Below are positions 13,201 to 26,307 of a DNA stretch of 64,000 nt, piece by piece. The notes beneath the pieces were generated by a model. That model searched no databases. It was not told the DNA's origin and saw only the letters and a list, made by a program, of their open reading frames with translations. How positions within the stretch are numbered: the stretch's first letter is position 1; each line of letters begins with the position of its first letter. The position numbers were made by a program, and so were the translations under genes. The DNA comes from Phallusia mammillata (Eukaryota). The stretch covers positions 17,608,001-17,672,000 of the forward strand of contig OZ281497.1 of assembly GCA_965637545.1 (NCBI GenBank), written 5' to 3'.

Positions 13201-16200
13201 TTCGTAATCGCTAAATACAGATGCGTGAAACAAGTTTGCGTGGGATGACTCGCACGTTAATCTTTAAAAATCTTATACTGGTAATAAGAACCAAAAACTT
13301 AAATGCAACATGTATCGCATTTGTGATTACATGTGAAAAAATAAACTTGGCACTTTACAGCGTTAGTTCAAGCCAGCCACGTGGAAATTGCGTAATCGCT
13401 GCCCTTTTCCTATTAGGAGTCTGGCCCGTTGTCTACATTCCCACGCACGCACGAAAATGTCGGCGCCAAAATCATAGGCAAAAGCCACAATATAAACCGG
13501 CGATAGGGCGGTGACGTATGCAAAGGCCAAGCAGGGACAAGTTGTTAGGTGTTTGTGATACCCTAAACATTGCGTCTTACCGTTGTACCAGCCACCGGTA
13601 AGGTCGGTGTTTATCGAACATCCGTCCTTGAGATCCGCATCACCCCTCCACGGGATTCGATGTTCATCTGGAAGCCGCCCTGACCTCTGGGCCTCGTAGA
13701 AGAGAATAGATTTGTGAAGGACTTCGTTGTAGTCGAAATCGGAATCTGAAGTTTCGATAGGTTGTTGCAGTTATGTGAATTTTGTCAAACTTCAAGTTCA
13801 ACATTTGTGCATTCGGCAAATATGAATAAATGCAATTTAGTAAAGCACAAAAGCAGAGGTTTCAAAGCAAGGAGACACTTCTCTACAAGGAATGATGAAC
13901 ATACTTGTGTGTATTTATAGGTAAACGGGATGTGTGCATTTGTAGGTATGCGGGATATGTGCGTGAAAAACTGAGGGATGAATTTATATTTTCAAAAAAT
14001 GTTAGTTGAAAAATGTGATCAAATCTTGAGAACCTTTATACCGTTTGCAATACACTCAATCCCAAAATAAAAACGTTTACTGCAATCAGATCTTGTTGGG
14101 GTAAAAATGGTGTTAGTGTACTTACTTTTCGATTCAGAACGGATCCAATTAGGTTCAGTCTCTCCGCCCATTGCTGCTATCCCGTTTGGCGCGAACTGGG
14201 CACATCGATCAGATCCCTCAGGCTCAGGAACGTCCCTCTGAGGGGCACCAACACCCGGCAAATTAATTGGACTGTTAAATTCTCCTCCTAGTGTGGCCAG
14301 TTTGCTTGTTTCTTGATTTAAAAGGTCTTCCTTCGATGAGAGGTCATCGGGGTCGAAAGATGCCACTTTCGCTCTAAAACAGTTTTAAATTCAAGTTCAG
14401 ATTTGAACGTTTAAAAAAATAAGCTATGTTTGTTCTGTATATTTCAGAAGATGTAGATATAAGGGAGATGGATTACACATGATGCTATTTGTCTGTTCTT
14501 CTCCTCGTGTGTCAAATTCAATTTTGAGGTTTGTTTTATGTTACAGTAGGGTTGGGGATTGGGGCCTCATTTTGTATTTGTTACAATTATTATTATCCTT
14601 TTGTTTCCGCACGACTTACCTGTCAGTGATCCAAGCATCGATCGGCCTGGACATCGGATCGTCAAACGGGAGCATGGTGCCAATTTGTCGCCCTGCTACA
14701 TTATCTCCGCTGCATATCCCAAGCAATTGAACCCATCCACGGACGAGCGGAATGCTATCTTCGGGATATCGACCATTGAAACTTATCGTCAAACCCTATC
14801 GCAATAAATAATACATGGAGATAAAATACGACAATAGAGTGAACCTTGATAGGGACAATTTATTTGTACAGTTTGCTACAGTAATATTTTTAGGAAGTAA
14901 TAAAGCAAACAGTATTTAAAATCTCCACAAAATTTTAGAGGTCAAAAGGCATGTTTGAATCTCTGTAACGTTCTTCCTTTGAACACAAAAGCGTATAGCA
15001 TAGTTTACTATTTTTTTACCTGGTTAGCATCTAGATTCACATGGTAATCCATAGGGGCAAGGCAAAACTCTTGTCGACTTCTGGATGCACTCATGAACCA
15101 AACGTTTGCTGGTTCAACTTCGGACACAGGTATGTTGAACATAAAGCGGACAACCCAGCCACCTCTGATTGCCCGTGGAAGTGAAGGAACATGCGCTGTA
15201 GCGCTGAATCCATCGTCCCATACACTATGAACCTTAATAGTTCCGTTATAAGTTGGGCAACCATAAACGTTGCCGTCCATAGACCTTAACGGCTTGTAAG
15301 TTATAGTTCCGTTTTCGATCCAGCTGTCGCCAACCAATGGAGTGTTGGAGAAGTCCGTCATGACCATATTGGTCGATGGAGTAGTTTGCAGTGGTGCTGT
15401 TTGCCCTGCAGTCCTAGGTTGAATTTGTTTAATAGAATTAACTTTCGTGGTTGGATTTACAAATGGTGTTGTATGGGTCGTCGTAATCTGCTTTGTAGTT
15501 TGGGTCGTTGTTGGCAGCACTGTTGATTCCGCCTCTTCTCCTGAAGCTACTTCCACAACTTTTTCTGCAGCTCCACCGGCTAGAGGTGCTGTTTTTTCAG
15601 TTTGAACTTTCTGCGTAGCGGGGGTTGTAATTACTGGCCTGGTTGTCTTAACAACCGGGGCCTTTTTCGACGTCGGCCCCCAAATGTTTTTGCTGGGGTA
15701 AAACTTTTGACGCGTCGTTTTTTGAGTCGTCGGATTCTCTTCCTCTTCTTCCGCTGATTCCGTCGGAGTGGGTTTTGCTGACTTTTTGACAGACGACTTC
15801 TTCTTGCCGTAGAATTTCCCTTGATTGCTGGCACTTCGAGGACGCGGTTTGATATAAGTTCGTCCCAAGTAAGAGAGCGGGAGCTCTTCCTCTTCTTCCT
15901 CCTCCTCCTCTTCTTCCTCTTCCTCTGCGGAGTCGTAGATCCTTTGCTTTTGTGCCCTCCAGGATCGTTTTAGTATCGGTGTGGGTTTCGCTTTAACTGT
16001 CGAGCTGCTTACACACTTGGGCATTTTGCTTGGACTCCACAGACCCGTTGTAATACTGCACGTTTTGTAGGCCGTGCCGTCGCTAATCACAAAGCCTTTA
16101 TTGCACATCACCCTGCAACGATTCCTTCTGATTGTGCATTGGATCTTGCCGTTCTTCGGATGAACCAATGGCCGACAGCCAGATTGCATCAGACGTTGAC

Positions 16201-19200
16201 CAGTGATGGTGCCTGCGTTAATACAGGGGTATATAAAGGTAAGTTAATGCAAACAAGTGGTACTATCATATCTTAAGCTCAAAAAGGACAACATAAATTT
16301 AAGCGATATTCCCACCAAAAACATATAGTTTTAGAAATAAGGCCGGTATGGCAGTCCTATCTACATAGTAAAAAATAAGAAAAGTAATTTTGTTGTTACC
16401 ACATTTTAAATCTAGACTGACTATTGGTATTGATGACTTATTTAATTGACCCACCATCAATAAGCCGAGAAAAGAAACGTGTGTTTCTTGGTGATGAAGG
16501 CACTGGATTGTAACGGAGTTTATAGGAGAGCTTGTTTTCTCCTTCTTGGTTGTTTCGCAGTTGAAGAAACAATATGTACTTTCCAAATGGTTTAACCGGA
16601 GTACATATTGGAGATGGACCGAAGGAACCAAGACTGCAAAGAAACAAAGATTATTTTTGTTGACCTATATATAGTCCTATACCATATGTCCTCCGAGGAC
16701 AATACAAATGCCCATACGTCTCCTGTTTACGTTTTCTGTTTTACCTAATGTACTTTACAATGCTATCAAAACCTTTGAAAACAATCGTCATCTTAACCTT
16801 GAGAAAACAGATATAAGAAGTTTTTGAGCGTATTATTTTTGTGATAGCGCGTACTTGTTCAGAGTTAAGTCTACAATTCATTCAAAAATCTACAATTCAT
16901 TCAAACTGGTATATAAAAATGGCTACGTTGAATTCGTGAAATATTTGATGTATTTATTGTTTGTGTGTACAAAAAATGTCTGTTTATAATGTTTTTCAAC
17001 AAAGTGTCATCTTTTTTGATGATGAAAATATGGTAGAGCTCTATTTGTGAAATCGTTAAACCGAAAACAATTCATCTGCAAGGTGAATAGTCGTTTTTTT
17101 GCAAACTTTAGATAAACCTACTTTACTTTTCGTCTTGACATATTGATTCTATGAAAATACCTACTTGAGTTCGTCTCCAATAGCAAGGCCTCCTTTTTTC
17201 TTTGAGAAAACGCTGATCACTCGAAAGGTGGCGCTATAGCGGCTTTTCGGGTCTTTCTGCGTCGTTTTGAAAACTATTCCTTGGACAACGACATCAGACC
17301 TGCAAAAAATATGCTGTTAGAGACCACGTTAACCCGAAATAAAGTTATTGTTTCAAAGACAGAAAAAAAAAACTAAACAGTTCTACGTCGAATCTGCCTT
17401 GTTACAACGGGGAAACCGTCGCTGGGGTGTGTATGGCGTTATCTGAAAGCAGCATTTTTTTTGAAGCGATATCTTCCTTTGTGGTTGGCATATGTTTGTA
17501 AACGCTACGAACTGTTTAGCCCCTATGGTGACCTGGGGCCGCGAACCTTTCTAAATAATCTAAAAAGTTAATCAGTAACACCTGTTTTTGCAGGTTTTTA
17601 AATAACAGGCAACCGCAGTTCGCTACTAAAATCCGTCCTAAACCTAACAACACGACTTGATGAAGTCAATTCGTGCACGAAGGACGCTATTGAAAGGTAA
17701 TCACATCCGCGAATAAACAAAAACAAAATGCCAACATCCCGCATTCCACTCTGGACCATAATAGCCTTCGCGCCACGGGCAATATTATCTACAGCTGGTT
17801 TCAACAACATTCCAATTCAAACGTGCAGAGAAAGGGAGAAAAATAACTTGAAAATTCCCCAATAAAACCAGACAATTAGTAAAGCACCACGATCCGGGCG
17901 ATAAATAACCAGTGTTAGGATTCGCGATCCGATAATTTATACGCGTCGGGTATATCAACGAAAAGATCTTGAAGCACGTCTCCATTTGTTTTTCGAACCA
18001 CTAAAGGGTTAATATCCCTTTCAACTTTTCTCGCCTTTGTTTTGATTATGATTTTTTTTTTAACTTATCAAATTGCTTTAGTTTCTGCTTAACGCACGAA
18101 GATAAATATCTTTGTTAAGGTAGACTGGTGATATTTAATATTCACCTGCATTTTAGACCGAGTGATCTATTAATATTTCCAAAGACACAAAGTGCAGTTT
18201 AAAGACGTTAATAAGTATCTGAACATAATTTGGCTAATTTGAGCAATTTGGATCTTAAAAATGTCAACTGATTTTAAGATGTGGTAAAAATTGCGTTTCG
18301 CAAACGATTGAATCTCGAGAGGAATTCCTAATCGCGGCATCGCGTCGTTGATTTTCAACTTACAAGGCAGATACGAATCGGCAATTACCGAAACAGACCT
18401 AAATTGAGTTCGGAACCCGGTAGTGAAAGCAAATATGCCGACCAAACCCGACCCGTATGGTCGCTGTGTGCAGTTGCGGAAAGCACAGGTGCTTTCACGT
18501 GTAATTTGTATCAGTTTTGGGTCTCTTCGCTACAACAAGAGTACACGCAAATTTCATGTTGTGGGTTGACCCAACAACGCCCATCAGGCGGTCACCTCTT
18601 GTCGAAACTAGTCAATGCATCAGTGTAAATACGTCAGACTAGTTTGTTTCAGCGAACGAGCGTAATCTCTGATTACACGTTAACAAGAGACGGCGATGTT
18701 TTCGCCAATTTCTAGGACTTCAATTTTTTCTCTTAAAAACACATGCACAGACATTAAGGATAACAGGAAAAATGAAGGAAATTAATAATAACCAGTAACT
18801 GCTTTTATTCGACGCCTAAGGGTTGACTATCGTATTACAAGCTGTCTTACCGCACGGCGACTATATAGGAGTCGAATGTTAAGAGATGAAATCTAACTTT
18901 CAAGCGAAATTGGAGGTTGTGTGGGTTTTTGAACTATCGACCGTGATGTAATCACCGCCTCCTGGCGGATGTTGGTTTTTAGCATCAACGTAACTTCAGT
19001 TTCCGGACCTGGTCAGTTGAGGCCACTATTAAAGCTAATAAATTCTGATTCGCCGTAAGATTGGAGATATAACTAGCTCTTATCCAAATGTGTTTTTTCA
19101 CGTTAATCGGATTTGGTCGTCTAAATCCCTGTACACGCAAATCGGAAACACGGCCTAAGGTATTTGGTGATTGACGAGCAACGATTCGACGCAATACTAA

Positions 19201-19750
19201 GTAGCATAATCTGAATTAGGCGGCGATCCTACATTAGTTGCAAAACGCAGATTTGGTTTGCAGCATCTCATATTGTTTTGAGAGTGTGGATGCAAATCTT
19301 GAAAACAGGGCTGGCTTTCCACGGCCAATAAAAGCAAATTCGGCTTGAATAAAACATGGATCAGAAAAACACAAAAATATTCAAATATTCCCGAATAAAA
19401 GTAGGCTAAATCACGCTTGATGTATGGTAAGCAAAACAAACGTTTTTTCATACAACGAAACAGTACAGAAAAAAATAAACTTATAAATCTATTTTTTTGT
19501 TTTCGTATCTCACTAAACTCGGTTTTACACCAAACACGAGTGAACAATTGTCTAAAAATCACACATACCTTGTGGCAAATTCACCAAATTTGATTCGTCG
19601 CTCGGGAACAACGCATCCTGATGTCACGTGAATCATCATCGAAGATATAAGACACACGTAAACGAAGATGGGCGTGAGATATCGATGAAAAAACATCATG
19701 TTGCGCGATTGACCATCATAAAATCCTGGGTATGTCCCTGATTTCGCCAT
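7208..19750 (-). CDS. Secreted multidomain GH9 endoglucanase-like protein (signal peptide, NtA-like, Sushi/CCP, poly-Glu/Thr-rich linker, CBM2-like, GH9), predicted catalytically inactive; ~1141-1158 aa
   Basis: 15 phase-consistent GT-AG exons: 19750 (or 19699)-19569, 17299-17165, 16633-16455, 16212-15020, 14795-14620, 14373-14126, 13745-13581, 12253-12069, 11699-11537, 10486-10347, 9143-9000, 8895-8754, 8517-8343, 7685-7572, 7343-7208. GH9 motifs present: DYNEVLHKSILFYEAQRSGRLP, DLTGGWY, LAWG, PGSDAVAEVAAALAAASILF, DELAWAATWLYKATG, PHHRGSTCP, GALVSGP, YNAGFQSLVAGL. Confidence 0.92.
9610..9910. mobile_element. hAT (Charlie-like) MITE, 301 bp, in a GH9 intron
   Basis: TIRs GAGGGGTGGCCAAAC (9610-9624) and GTTTGGCCACCACTG (9896-9910). 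Perfect 8-bp TSD TTTTACAC (9602-9609 and 9911-9918). GGGCCG subterminal motifs. Confidence 0.88.
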
Positions 19751-22700
19751 CCTGGTCTGGACGTTTGAACAAATGATAAAAATTCGCTGCAGGCTTCTTC
19801 ACATGCACCGTTTTGTTTCTTGCTTCAGTCAACGTTTACAAAAGTGACTACGAAGTCGGTCTCGATGTTCCTGAAGCTTCTTATTGTTGTTGTTTTTATT
19901 TCTGAAGAAAACAAATTTTTGGAAATCTTCTTCCTTTTTACTATTTTAGCTTTGATCGAAAATTATACATTCACTTTTGCTGAAAATCACAAAAACTGCT
20001 TATTTTTCTGACGCAGCAAAAACGCGATTTTTATCAGAATAGGCAGCGCGCCGATTGCTAACTGAGTTGGCGCTTGTCGAAATGAGGAGACTCTGGGCTG
20101 TATTCGGTCACACGCGGTGTAAGAAAATGAGCGCGCCTCGCAAAGAAGAAGGTGCGCCGGCAATAAAAGGTCGCAGGATACGTACGGCCGAAAACCGATG
20201 ATCTTTGATAAAAGAAAAGAAAACCGGAATTTTCGTTTACTTGTAGAAGAAGGCGCACCTTCAAGTGTTTGTTGTGCGTTAAATCTCCTCGATAGCAGAC
20301 ATCCAGCAATTTTTAGACCTCTGATGTAAAACTTATGGTTCGGAAGCAACAAGGCAAAATATCAATTGCATTAATACCAACTCGATTTTTGTATTGTGGT
20401 GTAATCTTTCATGTTATTTATAATCGTTGGCTTATAAGGTCATTCTACATTGTTACGAATGCCCACGCACATTTTCTGAGTTTCTACTACGGAATTTGAC
20501 CGATTTTTGTACATGATGCGTTTCCGTAAGTGATATGGGTTAGTCTACTTGTGTATGTCAGCTAATTGACTTCTCAAATACCATTCGCTGTCCGCCGAAC
20601 ATGGCAAAAGTAAAAGTGATTTCTTTGATATCTGCCACGAAGTATGCGAGTTAACATACCGTTTGGAAACGACCGATTCCGTTCTCATACGAATATGTGT
20701 ATTCGTCGGAAATATCTTCAGGGGATTTACTGTGCTGATGGCAATAAGATGTTGTTAAATTGACAACATTTGCACAGTGCGTCCGACGACAGGTTATAAC
20801 AAAACCAAAAAGGTATTGAAATCAAGCGGAAGTATATATTGCAAACAATCGCTGTTGTAGCCATTATGTGTGCAAAACGACCAATGTAGAACGTCTGCCA
20901 CTGGTATATTCAGTGTACACAAGCCTTTCGCCAGATTTATTTTTTATGCCACTACAGTTGCTTATACTTGTGACATTCAGAAGAAAAGGCGATAAAATGC
21001 AAATGTAGTTGGCAACGAACCCAACAATGCCTCGACTCGACTTCTTGTAACCCAGTAGCAGTTTAAATTTGGCATGATTCGACTGCATTAATTTGCATTT
21101 TTTTAAATGTTGCAAGCCACAGTCGTAACTAAAAACCCGCAAATATTCTTCAAGTATTTTAGTCCATCATTGGGCCGTACACGTCCCGCATAACACACCT
21201 GCTGGTGTAGATACCTTAAAATGACAGGTTGACTGAGGAGAAGCGTGTGCTTTGCACAAATCAACAAACGCTATGACCTGGTGCGACCTTACTGCGTCTT
21301 TGTTGTGGCCCACGCGACTTGACTGTAATTGGTCTTTACAGCCACTATACGGCGATGTACGTTACTATTGTCCAACATCTATTATTATCTGACAATGTAG
21401 CTTCGTGATATAAAAGCAATGCAGCACTATATGGTAGACGGGATTTTTGACCACATCCCTGATTGAATGTTTCAAATTGCAAATTTGATATCTTCACTTC
21501 CTCCAAGTTAAATGTACCGACGGATGATGGTTACCCCGGTGCAGCCTAAAATACCCGCTCGCCCAAATTTTAATTCACAAAGATAAGAATAATTAGTTCA
21601 CCGTTCTGCATAATAGACGTCGATTGCATAATTACCGAACTTGTTTGTTTCGCATCAAACAAGGTCGTGCAAAGGTTTCGGCGTTTGTCGACCGTTGCAG
21701 GTCTGACAAAGAAATTCCCAAATATTTTGAACATGAATATGGGTCGGTTAAATAACAACACTTTACTCACATCATATTGCAATTCCATGCTGAGATAATG
21801 CATTTATGTGCAGAACCTCGTGTTCTATAACAAGTTTTGGGTTTTTATACCAAATGAAGAATCACCGTGATTTCGTGATGCCTAATGTATGTAAGATTAG
21901 AGAGGTTTGTGGTATTTGGTAACTTGATAAGGTAAATTTGGTAAAGATGTCTGTTCTGAACAAAAGGTTACTACTGGTCGCCGGTTACTACTAGACTGTC
22001 TTACTACACAAAAGTAACCCAAGTAAAACAAAACATCGCCCTGGAGTGAATAGTTCAGGTATCGTAGGTACCTATCGGCGATAAACTATAGGTTGTATTT
22101 TAACCAAACGACAGCTGTTTAATCACCGTTAGCACCCGTTTACATGCCAATGCTCAGGGGTTAACGACGATTAGTGGGCACGCAAGTTATGAAGACTATT
22201 ATGTATTAATCCATTTTAGCTGGTTTATTGCAACAGTTAAACCTAATGGCCTCAGTACACGGCAATACACACAGTCGTTGACCTGTCGTAAGGTTTTTTT
22301 TTTATCGCGGTTTATGCTGCGCGCGTAACAACATTTAAAAGCTTGCTTTAGAACACAGTTGAGTTGTTGTAAATGACAAATTTGCTGGTATTTATTTAAA
22401 GTCTCAAAGTGGCCAACAAACTTATTATCAAAATCACATTTCATGAAACTTTAGCTGTAGTTTAAATGACTTGGCTAAAAGCAAATTCTGGAGTTTTGAC
22501 GTCACGTAGGTATACAACGCCTTCGGCAACAGACTGTCCGCATACGCCATGATAAAAGTCCTGTGTACCAAATCTTCACTTTTGACCTTTACGTTAAAGC
22601 ATGCAAACCTTGTCTTCTGTTGTTTGTCTTCATAAAACTGTATGTGACATTTAAAATTTAATTGTAAGGTCACGTGCAAGATTAAACAGTGTTACAACAA

Positions 22701-24548
22701 ATGCTTTTCTTTCTGTCAGAACCACTAATCATTTTTGTACGCTTATTCTTTGGAGTTTTAAAATAAATATTAATTTAAAATCCAAAAGCTGTTCGCTGTT
22801 TTGCCACTTTTCGGTTAAAACAAAACCGCCTTTACAAAAGTTGCGTTACATATTCGTAGATTTTTGATCTAAAAGACGTCACAGAATTTTGGTGTTATTG
22901 TTTATGTTCGGAACGATGTTTCGTCTGCACATAGTAAACATCTCTGTGGCACTCTCCAAGTGGCCTCAATTCACATGCCGCTTAAGAGCTTAATTGCTGC
23001 ACTGGTGGTTAATGCATACTTTAAGTACTGATAATAAGTTAGAAAGGTTTACCATATTTAAAAAAAATTAAACTTAACGTAACTGTGTTTTGGACAACAT
23101 AAATTTGTTTGGATTTTCAACCTAAAAAAATGCTTGTTACTAATGTTGGTATTGGACATTCCAATAGCTTTTTGTGGGTATATGATTATTTTTGTACTTA
23201 CAACCGAGTATTTTCACCCCAGTGGCGAAAATGTTAAGTTTGGACAAACACCTGACACAACGTCACTTTACTCACAATAATGATATTTTAGTCCGAATAT
23301 TTTAACCTGATGTCAAAGTTTCCGATACTTGTTGCAAGGCTTTATATAAATTACAATCACCGTTATGCAGCTTTATCTATAGGCCTACTATCAAGAAACA
23401 AAACTTACCTTATGCATAAAAATGTCCTTGACTGATGATGAAGTTTTTACCAAACACACGTCAACAGCAAAAAAAAACAGATCAAAGAGTCGTGCTGAAT
23501 TATCTCAGCTGACTCTATCCTATACGTCGGTGCGGCTGTAATGCAACACCGTGTGTTAAATAACGGTAGTTTTCGCTAGTTGTTACGGTATAATCCACGA
23601 CCACGACGCATATTTTACGACTGTCGTATATCACTACCGGGTCGCTGTCTTATCCCAGGCCTTAATATCATCCCTTGCATCTACTTAAGAAGTAAATTAT
23701 AGGCTAGGCCGCTGCGCCGTCCACGTATCTGCCTTATTGGTATGCTTTAATATCTGGTATGACCTAATACCAATGTTGGCCACATATTGTGTGACTTTTA
23801 TACTTTCAACCACAAAACGCTAACAAGTTTGATAAGACCTGTATGAAGCTATTTACTTGGCATGGCATTTTTCAGCTAGACAACTATAACGACAAGTAGG
23901 TTACCGAAACGACTAGAAATCGACAAATGTGCTTCAAGTTATATGACTCCTCGTTGAAATGACGGCAAGGATAAATACCCGATCCCATTCAGAAAAAAGA
24001 ATAGTTGTTTCTAACGAATGGTTTGTTTTAGGCGCCTCCCTCATTAAATAAATCCTGTCGCACTAGAGATGAACAAGTGCGACTTAATGGGGTGAACGAG
24101 CAACAAGAGCATTTCTAATTTTTCACCGGGACGGAAAATCAAATCACACTTACTTGTAGCGACCAGGTCTCTAATTTTTTTCGTTCCACCAAGCACCAAA
24201 CAAAACAAACTGGTTTTGAACAATAGATGGTTGTGTTATGTTTATGGAGCGGCCATGAAGACAACATGCCACTCTCCACTTTAAGGGCGTGTATAGCATG
24301 TTTAGATCAGAGTTTACAACCCTTTTTCATGTAAATTGATGTTCCTTCACCGTCATTGCAACCAATTTGTATGCAATCCTAGTGAATTGACATAAATACA
24401 CACGACCACTTATGCTTATTCAACTGTTTCAATTCGAATTTGATCCATTTCTACACAATTCTATTATTTCCGCTTAAAGTTGTAAGTTAAGGAAACTTGT
24501 TGCAACTAATAATTTATCATAGAAATTATGTGCAGAAGTAGCCTAGAC

Positions 24549-24700
24549 CAGTGGTCGGCAACCGCCGGTCCGCGAGGAGTTCGGTACCGGGCCGTGTAAT
24601 TTTAAGGGTAAATGCTTTAAATCATTTCATTGATAAATATTTGTAGTTTTTTGAATGCCGGTCCGTGATAAAATTTCACTTTTAAAAGCGGTCCGCAGAG
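24549..24700 (+). mobile_element. Truncated hAT MITE (left end only)
   Basis: Begins CAGTGGTCGGCAACC with repeated CCGGTCCGYG subterminal motifs (about 24566, 24658, 24689). No matching right TIR or TSD found. Confidence 0.5.
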
Positions 24701-25448
24701 CAACAATTAGACAATGTAAAAGGATCCATTTCACAACAATGTAAAAATTCATTTTTAAGACAACTAACAGGTTTTTCGACTGGTTAAAAAGTCGGCTTTA
24801 AATTAAAGGGGGAAATATAACCGACACGATTGGTGGATCAGGATTAAATGCGCTACAGTCAAATAGTGATTAGAATGTGCCATGTCTTACGTTTTGCACC
24901 AAGTGAATGTTGTTTTAACCCAGTAGAATTCGGTTGCGACAAAAAGGTTTTGAATTAAAAATGGTTATTCGGAATTTATCTGATACATAAACTTAGTTGT
25001 TTCAAGTCGGCCTTTTGAACTACGTCATTGAATGTAGGCCTATTAACAGCCCGCTAGCGCTGCCATGTGATTAAATTTTACAAATGTACATAATGACCCT
25101 AATTATTTATTTTCATTCCAAACTGAAATTGGTGACCAAGATCAATTGGTACACACATGGTAATCCTAAACTTTGCTGATTGTATAAAATTAATACAACA
25201 CAATACCATTATCATCCCAAGCGATAAACATAATTTCAACAGAGGGAAAGTCCCACATGTTAATCTCTGTCAAGCAAATGAAATTAATTTTAGTGTGATG
25301 TTTGAACTTTGGATTGTTTGCATTGCATCCCTGTTAAAAAAATAAACGGCGTAAGTCTAGAAAGAATAAATATAAACTAATTTGTATATATTTGTTGTTG
25401 TTTGTGTTACTTCAAGGTGCTGCGTGTTTGTCAAACGTTTTAGTCAAA

Positions 25449-26042
25449 ATGAGTCAATTTCCAATCACCGGTTTAGCTGATTGTGTTTATACCAAGTTCT
25501 ACTGTGAAGAGAATATTTGGAAACTGTGTGACATCGTTTCGCAAAAGACACCAGAGCTACTTGATCACCTTTGCGTCATTTTCATATCTAATGATAGCAA
25601 AAAAGTTGTGATGTTTAACCAAAGGGCAACAGTTGAAGATGATGAAGTGGTTGTGTGGGATTACCATGTCATAGCATTATTTACACAAATGGTTGATGGA
25701 AAACCATGTCATAGCATATATGACATGGACACCAAACTTCCTTTTCCCTGTGCTCTGGAAAAGTATGTTCTAGAAACATTTAAGCCTGACATGGTGCTAA
25801 GACCTGGATTTGAGCGTCTTCTTAAAGTTATTAAAGCAAGAGAATTTCTAGACAGATTTGCATCTGATAGATCGCACATGATTAAAGATGATGGCTCATG
25901 GCTAGCCACTCCTCCTGCGTACCCATGTATATGCACAAAAGATAGCAAAATGAACCTTGATGACTATATGAATATGACTCCTGGTATTGGTGATGTTTAT
26001 ACTGTTTCAAATTTTATGGGTCACTTTGGTTTGCCAGTTTAA
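25449..26042 (+). CDS. NTAQ1: Protein N-terminal glutamine amidohydrolase (Nt-Gln amidase, N-degron pathway), intronless, 197 aa
   Basis: Single ORF with YCEENIWKLC, VWDYHVIAL, IYDMDTKLPFP and FASDRSHM motifs; the Cys-His-Asp triad is intact. A splice-acceptor-like TTACTTCAAG lies ~35 nt upstream of the ATG at 25449, so the longer ORF start at 25392 is probably not used. Confidence 0.95.
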   Translation: MSQFPITGLADCVYTKFYCEENIWKLCDIVSQKTPELLDHLCVIFISNDSKKVVMFNQRATVEDDEVVVWDYHVIALFTQMVDGKPCHSIYDMDTKLPFPCALEKYVLETFKPDMVLRPGFERLLKVIKAREFLDRFASDRSHMIKDDGSWLATPPAYPCICTKDSKMNLDDYMNMTPGIGDVYTVSNFMGHFGLPV

Positions 26043-26307
26043 CTGTGTAAATTTATTAGACTTTTGTGCTGTGGTTAAAATCATAAAACATAATGTCCTT
26101 TGTGCTTTGGTTTTTATTTTATTTTATATCATGTAGTAAAATGTTATCTAAAACCTGATATGCATTTTAAAAATTTTGCTGTTGTATTTTTTTATTCATA
26201 TCTGTAAATTTATGAAACCATAAAAATTTGTGCATGTTCTTAAGTGCTTTAAAACTACTGTGTGTTGTATTGCATAACTGTATTTGCAGTTGGGTACTAG
26301 TTTTAAA

